Positions 29,164 through 38,114 of a stretch of 64,000 bases of DNA are shown one piece after another. The notes beneath the pieces are model-generated. The model saw only the letters and a program-made list of their open reading frames with translations, was not told the DNA's origin and did not search any database. Position 1 is the first letter of the stretch. Every line of letters starts with the position of its first letter. Location of the stretch: IMG/VR virus record IMGVR_UViG_2880378312_000006. One strand, 5' to 3'. The position numbers and the translations under genes are program-made. This DNA comes from a virus (Duplodnaviria; Heunggongvirae; Uroviricota; Caudoviricetes).

Positions 29164-29730
29164 GTGAGCATAAATATGATATACCCGGAAATTACAGGCA
29201 AAAGCGGTGAGCATTTACGCCTGAAAACGCTGGAAAGTGTCTGGATCCAGGGGAAACTGCGTATGTGGGGGCGTTGGTCGTATATTGGCGACGGTAAGAC
29301 GGGAAATATGTTCAACCAATTACTGACCTCTAAAAAGCTGACAAAAACGGCAATTAACGAGGCGCTCCGGAGGATGAAAAAAGCGGGTCTGGACAAACCT
29401 GAACTTGAGGCTTTTTTGCGGGATATGATCAACGGCAATCAAAAAAGCTGGCTGGCACATTGTACCGATTCAGAGGCGTTAATAATCGATAGGGTTATTG
29501 GTGAAGTACTGGCAGGTTATCCCGGGCTGCTCAATGTTCTGAGTCAGCGTTATGTGGGGCGGGGGATGACTAAGCGCAAAATGGCTGAATTGCTGAATGA
29601 TGCACATCCGGAATGGAGTTTAAGAACCTGTGAAAGACGCATTGAGCATTGGCTAAAGGTGGCAGAATTTATTTTGTACAAACCAATGGTTATGGCTTTT
29701 GGTATAGAGAAAAAAGTTATTGCTTTTTGA
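29164..29730 (+). CDS. Q: Late antiterminator Q-like protein
   Basis: Gene immediately upstream of a short promoter-terminator unit and the tRNA/late-gene block; family assignment by position and recollection. Confidence 0.5.
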   Translation: MSINMIYPEITGKSGEHLRLKTLESVWIQGKLRMWGRWSYIGDGKTGNMFNQLLTSKKLTKTAINEALRRMKKAGLDKPELEAFLRDMINGNQKSWLAHCTDSEALIIDRVIGEVLAGYPGLLNVLSQRYVGRGMTKRKMAELLNDAHPEWSLRTCERRIEHWLKVAEFILYKPMVMAFGIEKKVIAF

Positions 29731-29808
29731 CGTAAAAACTGCTTCAATTCCGGTAAGCTTCGCAAAGCTGTACCGCGAGGCGAATAGCAGACATGGACAT
29801 TTGAAAGA

Positions 29809-29831
29809 GCCCGCTTTTTGCGGGTTTTTTT
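29809..29831 (+). terminator. Intrinsic terminator 79 nt downstream of Q; candidate tR' of the late promoter pR'
   Basis: gcccgc-ttttt-gcggg hairpin followed by seven T. Confidence 0.5.
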
Positions 29832-29954
29832 ATGACTGAAAAACGGCACGGGGCGTTAAACGCGCTGGTGGTTGCTAATACCGGTCTTTCAACTTGCTGG
29901 CTTTTTCGACAAGAGTTATTGGTATGTCACGTTAACCGGAAAAGGGAAAAAGAC

Positions 29955-30152
29955 ATGCTAAAACAGCAGGATATGACAGAAACCGCCAGAGTGGTGTTTA
30001 ATGAATTAAGCGTTACCGAACCGGCGACAGTCGGGGAGATTGCGCAGAATACTTACCTTTCACGCGAACGCTGCCAGTTAATACTGACCCAGCTGGTTAT
30101 GGCGGGTCTGGCAGACTATCAGTGCGGTTGTTACAGACGCATTCAGTCCTGA
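29955..30152 (+). CDS. Small hypothetical protein with winged-helix-like region (about 65 aa)
   Basis: ORF 29832-30152; the annotated ATG sits right after the terminator, so the internal ATG at 29955 with a purine-rich RBS is preferred. Confidence 0.3.
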   Translation: MLKQQDMTETARVVFNELSVTEPATVGEIAQNTYLSRERCQLILTQLVMAGLADYQCGCYRRIQS

Positions 30153-30287
30153 AGGCTTTTTATTTGTGGTAAATGGGCGGCTGGTGGGGGGGGCGGCACC
30201 TGTCAGTCCTTTGCTTATGTGTTGATGATAATTTACCTTTTGGGGCTATAATTGAGCTAACCAATTGCTAATGAAAGTAAAATTATA

Positions 30288-31001
30288 ATGGCTGTTGTCT
30301 GTTCAGTTATCATGGTTTGCTCCCCAATTAATATTTTTCTTGAAAAGGATACGTTGTCACTTAAGCCAGGCTCAGTCGTTCTGGCCACCAAATGCATCAG
30401 GGAGCTTTTCCTTATGCATTATGGCAAAGTTAAAATTGTCGATATAAGCGAATCCGTCGTAAGTCAATATCTGGAAAGTCAGCATAAGCTGACGAGGACT
30501 CGTCTGACTGACATTCCGCTTTACCTGTTGCTGGAACCCAACAATCCTGCGTTGGCTGCGGCTTTAATTACCAGCCAGGGATTTTCCGGAGAGGTCACGG
30601 ATATGTTTCTTATGATGGCCTGCCTGTCTCTGTTTGAAACAGATGAACGGATGTCATTGTTTTTAAGTGGATGTTTATCCAGCATAAGTGCCAAAGTCAG
30701 GGCGATAATTCAGACAGATATATCAGCAAGCTGGACGCTTGGTGCGATTGCTCTACAGTTGCATATGAGTGAGAGTTTGTTAAAGACAAAACTGAAAAAT
30801 GAAGGGGGCATGTTCAGTCGCTTGTTGCTGGAAGAGCGGATGCGTGTTGCTGTAAATATGTTATGTTCCCGGTATGGATATGGACAGGCTGTAGCAGAAA
30901 AATGTGGTTATTCAAGCCGGTCCTACTTTATTTCTGTATTTCACCGCTATTATGGCTTCCCGCCAGACAGATATGTATCCAGGCAAGGGCTTGATTATTG
31001 A
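30288..31001 (+). CDS. AraC/XylS-family transcriptional regulator, 237 aa
   Basis: C-terminal AraC-type HTH (...CGYSSRSYFISVFHRYYGFPPDRY); lies in the Q-dependent late region upstream of the tRNAs. Confidence 0.75.
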   Translation: MAVVCSVIMVCSPINIFLEKDTLSLKPGSVVLATKCIRELFLMHYGKVKIVDISESVVSQYLESQHKLTRTRLTDIPLYLLLEPNNPALAAALITSQGFSGEVTDMFLMMACLSLFETDERMSLFLSGCLSSISAKVRAIIQTDISASWTLGAIALQLHMSESLLKTKLKNEGGMFSRLLLEERMRVAVNMLCSRYGYGQAVAEKCGYSSRSYFISVFHRYYGFPPDRYVSRQGLDY

Positions 31002-31029
31002 TTTTCATCTGATTATTATTTTTTGGCTC

Positions 31030-31105
31030 GGCCCTTTAGCTCAGTGGTGAGAGCGAGCGACTCATAATCGCCAGGTCGCTGGTTCAAATCCAGCAAGGGC
31101 CACCA
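31030..31105 (+). tRNA. ileZ: tRNA with CAU anticodon, ileX/ileZ-like (tRNA-Ile lysidine type, or Met), 76 nt
   Basis: Cloverleaf folded by hand: 7-bp acceptor stem ggccctt/aagggcc, anticodon loop cuCAUaa, T-loop ggttcaaatcc, 3' CCA; near-identical to E. coli ileX from recollection. Confidence 0.85.
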
Positions 31106-31205
31106 TCACAAACCGCCATTAGCTTATCAGGAAGAGCAGACGACACCATAACAGGGTTGTTGGTGCGGGGCCGGGTCCCCGATGGCGGTCCATTATCGGT
31201 ATTCT

Positions 31206-31282
31206 GCGTTGTTAGCTCAGCCGGACAGAGCAATTGCCTTCTAAGCAATCGGTCAGTGGTTCGACTCCACTACAACGCGCCA
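31206..31282 (+). tRNA. argO: tRNA-Arg (anticodon UCU), 77 nt
   Basis: 7-bp acceptor stem gcgttgt/acaacgc, anticodon stem attgc/gcaat with loop cuUCUaa, T-arm agtgg-ttcgact-ccact, CCA end. Confidence 0.85.
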
Positions 31283-31451
31283 CACTTATTTTCCAGGCTC
31301 GCTTCGGCGGGCCTTTTTTGTATCTGCGCCACGCCCGGCGCATACCAACCACAGAGCCTTTCGGGGGTGAGCTTACGGAGTGGTCAGTGTGACTTTCTCT
31401 GTGGGCAGATCGCTCCCGGGCGTTGGCTCACCCACCCAAAGGAACGTCACG

Positions 31452-31883
31452 ATGTTTGGAATCTTCAAAAAGAAAACCCGCAGAGCGGCAACGGAAATTA
31501 AAAAGTTTGAAAAACGCGATCTGGCACAGGTGGTGATTAACGCCGCATACCTGGTGGCCTGTGCAGATGGTGAATGTGAGGCATCCGAGAAAGCGAAGAT
31601 CGAACAGGTACTGCGTAATCAGCCTGCGCTGTCCGCGTTTACGTCAGAAATTAATGCGATTAGCGCAACCATTATCGGTCAGCTGGATACGAACTTTAAA
31701 ACTGGTCGTCGTGCGGCGTTACGTGAGATTGAGGATGTGAAACACGATACGCGTGAAGCGGAAGATGTGCTGGATGTGGCGGTGGCCATTGCGGAGGCAG
31801 ACGGCGAAATTGAGCCGGAAGAGCGCAAGGTGCTGGAAGAGATTGCCGGTGTTCTGGGTCTTCGTCTGGAGAATCACCTGTGA
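31452..31883 (+). CDS. TerB-family (tellurite-resistance TerB-like) protein, 143 aa, in the position stx occupies in Stx phages
   Basis: Architecture parallels TerB: MFGIFKKK start, VACADGECEASEKAKI and VAIAEADGEIEPEERKVLEEIAGVLGL repeats of the ADG...E motif. Confidence 0.6.
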   Translation: MFGIFKKKTRRAATEIKKFEKRDLAQVVINAAYLVACADGECEASEKAKIEQVLRNQPALSAFTSEINAISATIIGQLDTNFKTGRRAALREIEDVKHDTREAEDVLDVAVAIAEADGEIEPEERKVLEEIAGVLGLRLENHL

Positions 31884-32047
31884 CGGTAAAACTGCGCCTG
31901 GCTGTGGCTGCACTCCTGCTGTTTCTGGTGGTGATGGTGGATTTCACCAGCAGAATCATGTCGGTGCTGGCGGATGGGGTGCTGGTCTGCGGCATTGTGG
32001 TATTGCTGTGGCCGGTGATAAAAAGAAACAGCCTGCATAATGCTTGA
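31880..32047 (+). CDS. Possible small two-TM membrane peptide (55 aa) coupled to the TerB-like gene
   Basis: GTG overlapping the upstream stop (cTGTGA); product VTVKLRLAVAALLLFLVVMVDF...VLVCGIVVLLWPVIKR; below the ORF-track size cutoff. Confidence 0.3.
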   Translation: MTVKLRLAVAALLLFLVVMVDFTSRIMSVLADGVLVCGIVVLLWPVIKRNSLHNA

Positions 32048-32360
32048 TTTTTTTGTTTGCTGTTTATTAAAAACACTTCTGCATGGTGAATCCCCCTGTG
32101 CGGAGGGGCGATCAGCAACCAGGTATATGGGATAATCGCGGATTCAGGTGCTGATACTGAATTCACCGGGAGGCACCCGGCACCATGCTTTGCCACAAAA
32201 GTGTTGTTTCTGTTTTTCTCAAACTATCATCGTTATCCCTTTATTTCCGGCTGCGCATGGCGCGGCTTTTTTTTACGACCAGCCACTGGCAGATGGTCAT
32301 CCTGTGATTTGATTCCGGTTCCGGCTTTTTAACTCTGTTCCTGTACACGGGAGAAATTCG

Positions 32361-34211
32361 ATGTCGATTAAACATTATGATGTTGTCAGGGCGGCGTCGC
32401 CGTCAGACCTTGCGGAAAAGCTGACACACAAACTGAAAGAGGGCTGGCAGCCGTTTGGTAGTCCGGTGGCCATAACCCCTTATACCCTGATGCAGGCGAT
32501 TACAGCAGAAGGTGATGTGGTGGTCAGTGGTGCAACTGAGCCGGATTGGTACTACGTCATCGTACTGGCCGGGCAGTCCAATGCCATGGCTTACGGTGAA
32601 GGGCTTCCGCTGCCGGATTCATACGATGCTCCGGATCCGCGCATTAAACAGCTGGCGCGCCGCAGTACAGTGACGCCGGGTGGGGCTGCCTGCAGATATA
32701 ACGATATTATTCCGGCCGACCACTGCCTGCATGATGTGCAGGATATGAGTACGCTGAATCATCCGAAGGCAGACCTGAGCAAAGGGCAGTACGGCTGTGT
32801 CGGCCAGGGGTTACATATTGCCAAAAAACTGCTCCCGTATATCCCGAATAACGCGGGGATCCTGCTGGTACCATGCTGTCGTGGTGGTTCGGCATTTACC
32901 CAGGGCGCGGAGGGGATATTCAGCGAGTCCACGGGGGCCAGCCAGGATTCGGCGCGCTGGGGTGTGGGTAAACCGTTATATCAGGACCTGATTGCGCGCA
33001 CCAAAGCTGCATTACAGAAGAACCCGAAAAATGTGTTGCTGGCGGTGTGCTGGATGCAGGGAGAGTTTGACATGAGCGCCGCCACCCACGCACAGCAACC
33101 TGCGCTGTTTACAGCCATGCTGACACAGTTTCGTGCTGACCTCTCCGTGTTTAACGCGCAGTGCCATGGTGGCAGTGCTGCAGATGTGCCGTGGATTTGT
33201 GGTGACACGACGTATTACTGGAAAAATACATACGCTACCCAGTACGACACCGTGTACGGCGGGTATAAAAACAGGGAGAGTGAGGGCGTTTATTTTGTGC
33301 CCTTCATGACAGACGGTAACGGCGTCAATACCGCCACTAACGCGCCGGCAGAAGATCCGGATATTCCGGCATCAGGATATTACGGTGCGGCATCGAGAAC
33401 GAATGGAAACCAGGTATCATCAAACCGCCCGACACATTTCAGTTCATGGGCGCGCAGGAGCATTATTCCGGATCGTCTGGCAACCGCTATTCTGAACGCA
33501 GCCGGGCGCACCTCAGCCTTCATCAGTGGTAAGGCACCGGAAATCAAACCCTCGCCCGGCGGCAACACGCCATCGGGTCCGTCTGCAGATACGTCCGTTC
33601 GCACAATCTCCCTGCTGCCGGCAGCCGGAGAGGCTGCTGCGCAGGGCTGGAGCATTAAGGATGGCGGAATTCAGTTGTCAGATGGTGTATTTAAGATCAC
33701 CAGGCAGAGCAATAAAACCTGGTCCCTGACGCATCCGGTGGATGACGCAATTACCCTGCTGACACAGGGCGGCAGACTGACCTGTAAGTTCCGCCTGTCA
33801 GGCGCACTGACCAACAATCAGTTCGGGCTGGGGATTTATCTGTATACGGACGCTCCCGTTCCTGATGGTGTGGCGATGACGGGTACCGGTAATCCGTTCC
33901 TGATGTCGTACTTCACTCAGACCACTGACGGCAGAGTGAATCTGATGCATCACAGGAAAGCCGGAAACACGAAGCTGGGGGAGTTCGGCGATTACGGTAA
34001 CGACTGGCAGACGCTGGAGCTGGTGTTCACCGCCGGCAGTGCCACGGTTACTCCGAAACTGAATGGAGTGGCTGGCCCGGCATTCCAGGTTATAAAAGAC
34101 AGTCTGACACTGGGACTGAATGCGCTGACGCTGACGGATGTTACAAAAAATGCAGCGTATGGCGTTGAGATAGAAAGTCTGATGCTGGAGATAAATGCAC
34201 CGGCAGCATAA
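32361..34211 (+). CDS. nanS-p: Prophage sialate O-acetylesterase NanS-p-like protein, 616 aa
   Basis: N-terminal DUF1737-like region MSIKHYDVVRAASPSDLAEKL and an SGNH/SASA esterase motif (LAGQSNAMAYGEG); position between the tRNA/stx locus and the holin as in Stx phages. Confidence 0.75.
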   Translation: MSIKHYDVVRAASPSDLAEKLTHKLKEGWQPFGSPVAITPYTLMQAITAEGDVVVSGATEPDWYYVIVLAGQSNAMAYGEGLPLPDSYDAPDPRIKQLARRSTVTPGGAACRYNDIIPADHCLHDVQDMSTLNHPKADLSKGQYGCVGQGLHIAKKLLPYIPNNAGILLVPCCRGGSAFTQGAEGIFSESTGASQDSARWGVGKPLYQDLIARTKAALQKNPKNVLLAVCWMQGEFDMSAATHAQQPALFTAMLTQFRADLSVFNAQCHGGSAADVPWICGDTTYYWKNTYATQYDTVYGGYKNRESEGVYFVPFMTDGNGVNTATNAPAEDPDIPASGYYGAASRTNGNQVSSNRPTHFSSWARRSIIPDRLATAILNAAGRTSAFISGKAPEIKPSPGGNTPSGPSADTSVRTISLLPAAGEAAAQGWSIKDGGIQLSDGVFKITRQSNKTWSLTHPVDDAITLLTQGGRLTCKFRLSGALTNNQFGLGIYLYTDAPVPDGVAMTGTGNPFLMSYFTQTTDGRVNLMHHRKAGNTKLGEFGDYGNDWQTLELVFTAGSATVTPKLNGVAGPAFQVIKDSLTLGLNALTLTDVTKNAAYGVEIESLMLEINAPAA

Positions 34212-34219
34212 TAAAAAAA

Positions 34220-34252
34220 GCCAGCGACTGACCTGAAAAAGAAGACGCTGGC
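34220..34252 (+). repeat. Hairpin 1 (gccagcg ... cgctggc) of a tandem diverged repeat unit of about 150 bp
   Basis: Read directly; paired with hairpin 2 at 34370-34402. Confidence 0.6.
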
Positions 34253-34369
34253 TAAAAGGCCTTATATGTTTGTAGAGACTTATTTTTCACAGACAGCAAT
34301 GATGCCTGTCAATATATTATCAATATGCGGATTGTTTCAGTTACAGATGCTTTATTAAGGAAAAAAACA

Positions 34370-34402
34370 GCCAGCACTGACTTTCGGTGGAGAGGTGCTG
34401 GC
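34370..34402 (+). repeat. Hairpin 2 (gccagcac ... gtgctggc) with compensatory substitutions relative to hairpin 1
   Basis: Stem preserved by paired changes (cg to ca with cg to tg); flanking sequence homologous to the hairpin 1 unit. Confidence 0.6.
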
Positions 34403-34578
34403 TCAGAAGGATAGTTGGATTTCACATGATACTTATGCCTGGCGGTATATTTTCTGACAGACAGTGACGGGTGTTGTCAAGATATTGTGTCATTTATAAC
34501 CTGAATCAGGGGGTGGCCGGAATGTTATCTGGCATTTTTAGCAGAGCCTGAATGCCATAATCACGGCTCCCGGCGTTG

Positions 34579-34609
34579 GCCGTCAGTGGGTGACACTGGC
34601 GGCTTTTTT
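34579..34609 (+). terminator. Strong intrinsic terminator about 50 nt upstream of the holin gene
   Basis: gccgtcagtg...cactggcggc hairpin followed by tttttt. Confidence 0.6.
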
Positions 34610-34659
34610 GTTTTTCTTTACTTTCATTTTCTGTCGGCGGTGACGGAGACATACATCAG

Positions 34660-34866
34660 ATGGAAAAAATCACAACAGGTGTGTCATACACCACGTCAGC
34701 GGTGGGGACGGGATACTGGTTACTGCAGCTGCTGGACAAAGTCTCTCCGTCCCAGTGGGTGGCGATAGGCGTGCTGGGGAGTCTGCTGTTTGGGCTGCTG
34801 ACATATCTGACGAACCTGTATTTCAAGATTAAAGAAGACCGGCGTAAGGCGGCGCGGGGAGAGTAA
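34660..34866 (+). CDS. S: Holin, phage 21 S-type pinholin, 68 aa
   Basis: [25 protein letters not shown]...[15 protein letters not shown] closely matches S21. Confidence 0.9.
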   Translation: MEKITTGVSYTTSAVGTGYWLLQLLDKVSPSQWVAIGVLGSLLFGLLTYLTNLYFKIKEDRRKAARGE

Positions 34867-34867
34867 A

Positions 34868-35215
34868 GTGATGAAGAAAAAATACGAACTGGTTGTTAAA
34901 GGGATAAATAATTACCCGGATAAGATTACTGTTACTGTGGCACCGGAAATTGGTGGGTATCCGTCACTGTTGTTGCCAGATGTGGCGATTAGTCTTGACC
35001 GTACTGAAGGTGCCACGCTGGAGTTTTACGAAGCTGAGGCGAAAAAGCAGGCGAAGCAGTTTTTCATGGATGTTGCTGCCGGGTTATGTGAAGGGGATGG
35101 TCCGTTACCGGAAAAGCGTCCCGTAATTTTAGAGGCGCAGGATGTGTTGATAACCTACAGAGGAAAACTACCGGGAATAATTACGGGTTCTCTGAAGACT
35201 CCACCGCTGGCCTGA
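34868..35215 (+). CDS. Hypothetical soluble protein (115 aa) between holin and endolysin
   Basis: Start 2 nt after the holin stop; no family recognised. Confidence 0.5.
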   Translation: MMKKKYELVVKGINNYPDKITVTVAPEIGGYPSLLLPDVAISLDRTEGATLEFYEAEAKKQAKQFFMDVAAGLCEGDGPLPEKRPVILEAQDVLITYRGKLPGIITGSLKTPPLA

Positions 35216-35265
35216 AGACTTAACATATCCAGGGATTTGAAATCGATAAACCCTGATAAATATCC

Positions 35266-35799
35266 ATGAACGCAAAAATCAGATACGGCCTGTCGGCTGC
35301 CGTTCTGGCGCTGATTGGTGCAGGGGCGTCTGCGCCTGAAATCCTCGACCAGTTTCTGGATGAAAAGGAAGGTAACCACACCACAGCATACCGTGATGGT
35401 GCGGGTATCTGGACCATCTGCCGTGGAGCCACCCGGGGGGATGGTAAGCCTGTTATTCCTGGCATGAAGCTGTCGAAGGAAAAATGCGACCGGGTTAACG
35501 CCATTGAGCGTGATAAGGCGCTGGCATGGGTGGAGAAAAACATCAGAGTGCCGCTGACCGAACCCCAGAAAGCGGGGATCGCGTCATTCTGTCCGTACAA
35601 CATTGGCCCCGGTAAGTGTTTCCCGTCGACGTTTTACAGACGGATTAATGCAGGAGATCGAAAAGGTGCCTGCGAAGCGATTCGCTGGTGGATTAAGGAC
35701 GGTGGCAGGGACTGCCGTATTCGCTCAAATAACTGTTACGGTCAGGTATCCCGTCGTGACCAGGAGAGCGCGCTGGCGTGCTGGGGAATCGACAGATAA
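35266..35799 (+). CDS. R: SAR endolysin (lysozyme, phage 21 R-type), 177 aa
   Basis: N-terminal signal-anchor-release segment (YGLSAAVLALIGAGASAPEIL) followed by a lysozyme-type domain. Confidence 0.85.
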   Translation: MNAKIRYGLSAAVLALIGAGASAPEILDQFLDEKEGNHTTAYRDGAGIWTICRGATRGDGKPVIPGMKLSKEKCDRVNAIERDKALAWVEKNIRVPLTEPQKAGIASFCPYNIGPGKCFPSTFYRRINAGDRKGACEAIRWWIKDGGRDCRIRSNNCYGQVSRRDQESALACWGIDR

Positions 35800-36069
35800 G
35801 CAGAATATTTTGCTGAAAAATGAGGTTTGCTTATATGGACGGATAACACGAAATCCTGCAAATTGGCAAAATGTAAGTGAATAAAGTCAAAACAGTTGTT
35901 TAACACTCAGGCACCGTAATGATGCCTTTGTCATTTCTGCGCATCTCACGCGCATCTCACAACACAGAACCTTTCAGGATGACCCTTGAGGATACCGGTT
36001 TGGCTGTCGGTGCCTTTCTGTGGGCTGGATTCCTGTGAGACAAGGTTCATCACTAAAAGGAAATAACCG

Positions 36070-36639
36070 ATGAATATGATGGCCGTGCCGTTTCACGGCA
36101 ACTCTCTTTATGTAGTTAACCATAATGGCGAACCATACGTTCCCATGAAACCTGTCGTTGCGGGGATGGGGCTGGCCTGGCAATCACAGTTGGCTAAGTT
36201 AAGACAGCGTTTTGCGTCAACTATAACGGAAATCGTTATGGTTGCTGAGGATGGGAAACAACGCAATATGGTGTCCATGCCACTTCGAAAACTTGCCGGC
36301 TGGCTACAAACCATTAATCCCAACAAAGTAAAACCCGAAATCCGCGATAAGGTCATCCGGTATCAGGAAGAGTGCGACGATGTTCTTTACGAGTACTGGA
36401 CGAAGGGTTTTGTCGTTAATCCCCGTAAAATGAGCGTGATGGAAGAACTCAACCAGGCTTGTGCTGACATGAAACGGGATAAAAACATTGCCAGTGTGTT
36501 TGCTACCGGGCTGAATGAGTGGAAACAGGTTAAAGCCGCGCATGTATCAAAAATCCGTACGCTGGTAAATGAAGCGAATATGCTGATTGATTTTGTCCTG
36601 GCTGATACAGGCAAAGGGAAAATAACAAAGGCGGATTGA
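36070..36639 (+). CDS. ant: Phage antirepressor-like protein (AntA/Bro-N-type N-terminal domain), 189 aa
   Basis: N-terminal AVPFHGNSLYVVNHNGEPYVPMKPVVAGMGLAW pattern typical of phage antirepressors; located between R and Rz. Confidence 0.6.
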   Translation: MNMMAVPFHGNSLYVVNHNGEPYVPMKPVVAGMGLAWQSQLAKLRQRFASTITEIVMVAEDGKQRNMVSMPLRKLAGWLQTINPNKVKPEIRDKVIRYQEECDDVLYEYWTKGFVVNPRKMSVMEELNQACADMKRDKNIASVFATGLNEWKQVKAAHVSKIRTLVNEANMLIDFVLADTGKGKITKAD

Positions 36640-36781
36640 TGGGGTGGCTAATGATATCAGATAAACTCATAACGCTGGTGAAGAGCCTCTGTGTACTTGT
36701 CGGCATTTCATTTTCACTAATGCTGGTTGCTCTTTTTCTTTCCATGGCCTGGATGGCGTTGACTTCGGCAGGGCTGGTGGG

Positions 36782-37255
36782 GTGAGCATAAACCGAATGC
36801 TTTCCGCGTTTACCGTTATTCTGCTGGTGGTCTGTGGTGCGCTTAGTCTGGGGCTGAATCATTACCGCGATAACGCCATAACCTACAAAGAGCAGCGCGA
36901 TAAAAAAGTCAGTGAGCTGGAGCTGGCAAATGCAACCATTACTGATATGCAGCAGCGCCAGCGTGATGTTGCTGCACTTGATGCCAGATACTCGAGGGAA
37001 TTAGCTGATGCGAGAGCTGAAAATGAAACTCTGCGTGCTGATGTTGCCGCTGGTCGTAAGCGCCTGCGCATCAACGCCAACTGTCCAGGCTCCTTGCGTA
37101 AAGCCCCCATCACCTCCGGCGTGGATAATGCAACCGGTCCCCGACTGGCAGAAGCCGCTGAACGGGATTATTTCATCCTCAGAGAACGGCTGATGGCAAT
37201 GCAGAAGCAACTGGAAGGAGCACAGGAATATATCCGTACCCAGTGTATACCGTGA
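36782..37255 (+). CDS. Rz: Spanin inner-membrane subunit Rz, 157 aa
   Basis: High similarity to lambda Rz (NHYRDNAITYK...DVAAGRKRL...ERDYFILRERL). Confidence 0.9.
   Translation: MSINRMLSAFTVILLVVCGALSLGLNHYRDNAITYKEQRDKKVSELELANATITDMQQRQRDVAALDARYSRELADARAENETLRADVAAGRKRLRINANCPGSLRKAPITSGVDNATGPRLAEAAERDYFILRERLMAMQKQLEGAQEYIRTQCIP
37008..37193 (+). CDS. Rz1: Spanin outer-membrane lipoprotein Rz1, embedded in Rz in the +1 frame, 61 aa
   Basis: Lipobox LVVSAC; proline-rich; matches lambda Rz1 (CVKPP.PPAWIMQP.PDWQ.PLNGIIS). Confidence 0.85.
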   Translation: MRELKMKLCVLMLPLVVSACASTPTVQAPCVKPPSPPAWIMQPVPDWQKPLNGIISSSENG

Positions 37256-37718
37256 TGTTTTGTTACGAAGGTGTTACTGGTAACGTTAAGGTAATTTAAC
37301 AAAGAGTCAGTTCCGGACTTTATAGTGTGCTCAGTTCATGGCCAAAAACGATTTCTGTGATAAATATTTTGAATATTATTTACAGGTAAATGGAGTGGGG
37401 CACATGGATAGAAATATTACAATAGAGTATGAAGTATATGCCCGTATTGTATGGGCAGAGAAGGCAAAAACATGGTAATTCCGTGTGTTGCCATGATACC
37501 TGATTGGCAGAATTGTTGTTTGGTTTTGAGTATATAGTCAGCGTCTTTTGTTCGGTAATTGCTCTTTCAATTAAAATGCCAGATATGATTTGCTTTTCTT
37601 TGTTGTTTAGTTTTTTTGTATATTATTTTTATTGTTTTTATATAATTAGTTTTTTATTGTTGTCTTATTAAGGACGGTAAATTCAGGATGGCAGTCTGTA
37701 GATAAACGGAGGTTACTT

Positions 37719-38033
37719 ATGCTACATGATCACCTGGCAGAATGTCTGGAGAAAAAAGGACTGTACCGGAGAGCAGCTGAACGATGGGCAAAAGTGATGG
37801 TACAGCTAAGTGATGACCAGAAAAGAAAAGTGGCGGCACAGAAACGAGCAGAGTGTTTGCGTAAGGCGCGCCGGACTCCGGTTTCACCGGTGAACCTGAC
37901 CGAAATAAAACAAGCGGTCAACAGACTACATTCTGAGTTGGGAATGGGATTTGAAGAGCGGCGGGTATTCCGACGATATAAAGGGACAGGAGAACAGAAT
38001 ACGTCCGGAAACGCGCGGTCAAAAAAATGCTAA
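37719..38033 (+). CDS. pch: PerC-family transcriptional regulator (Pch-like), 104 aa
   Basis: Size and N-terminal motif (LAECLEKKGLYRRAAERWAKVM) resemble PerC/Pch; located between the lysis cassette and cos. Confidence 0.65.
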   Translation: MLHDHLAECLEKKGLYRRAAERWAKVMVQLSDDQKRKVAAQKRAECLRKARRTPVSPVNLTEIKQAVNRLHSELGMGFEERRVFRRYKGTGEQNTSGNARSKKC

Positions 38034-38114
38034 AAAATATCTGAGAGCGTTATTGCCTGTTACCATAAGAAAAAGCGACTTTAGTGGTCGCTTTTTGTGT
38101 CATATATAAGTCGT

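Noticed and set aside
31106-31205. Possible third tRNA (argN-like) between the two tRNA genes
   Set aside because: No acceptable cloverleaf could be folded by hand: no matching acceptor stem or T-loop; probably a spacer or a degenerate remnant.
31283-32360. Shiga toxin genes stxA/stxB downstream of the tRNAs
   Set aside because: Only a 143-aa TerB-like ORF and a short hydrophobic ORF occupy this interval; no ORF of StxA (about 315 aa) or StxB (about 89 aa) size or character is present.
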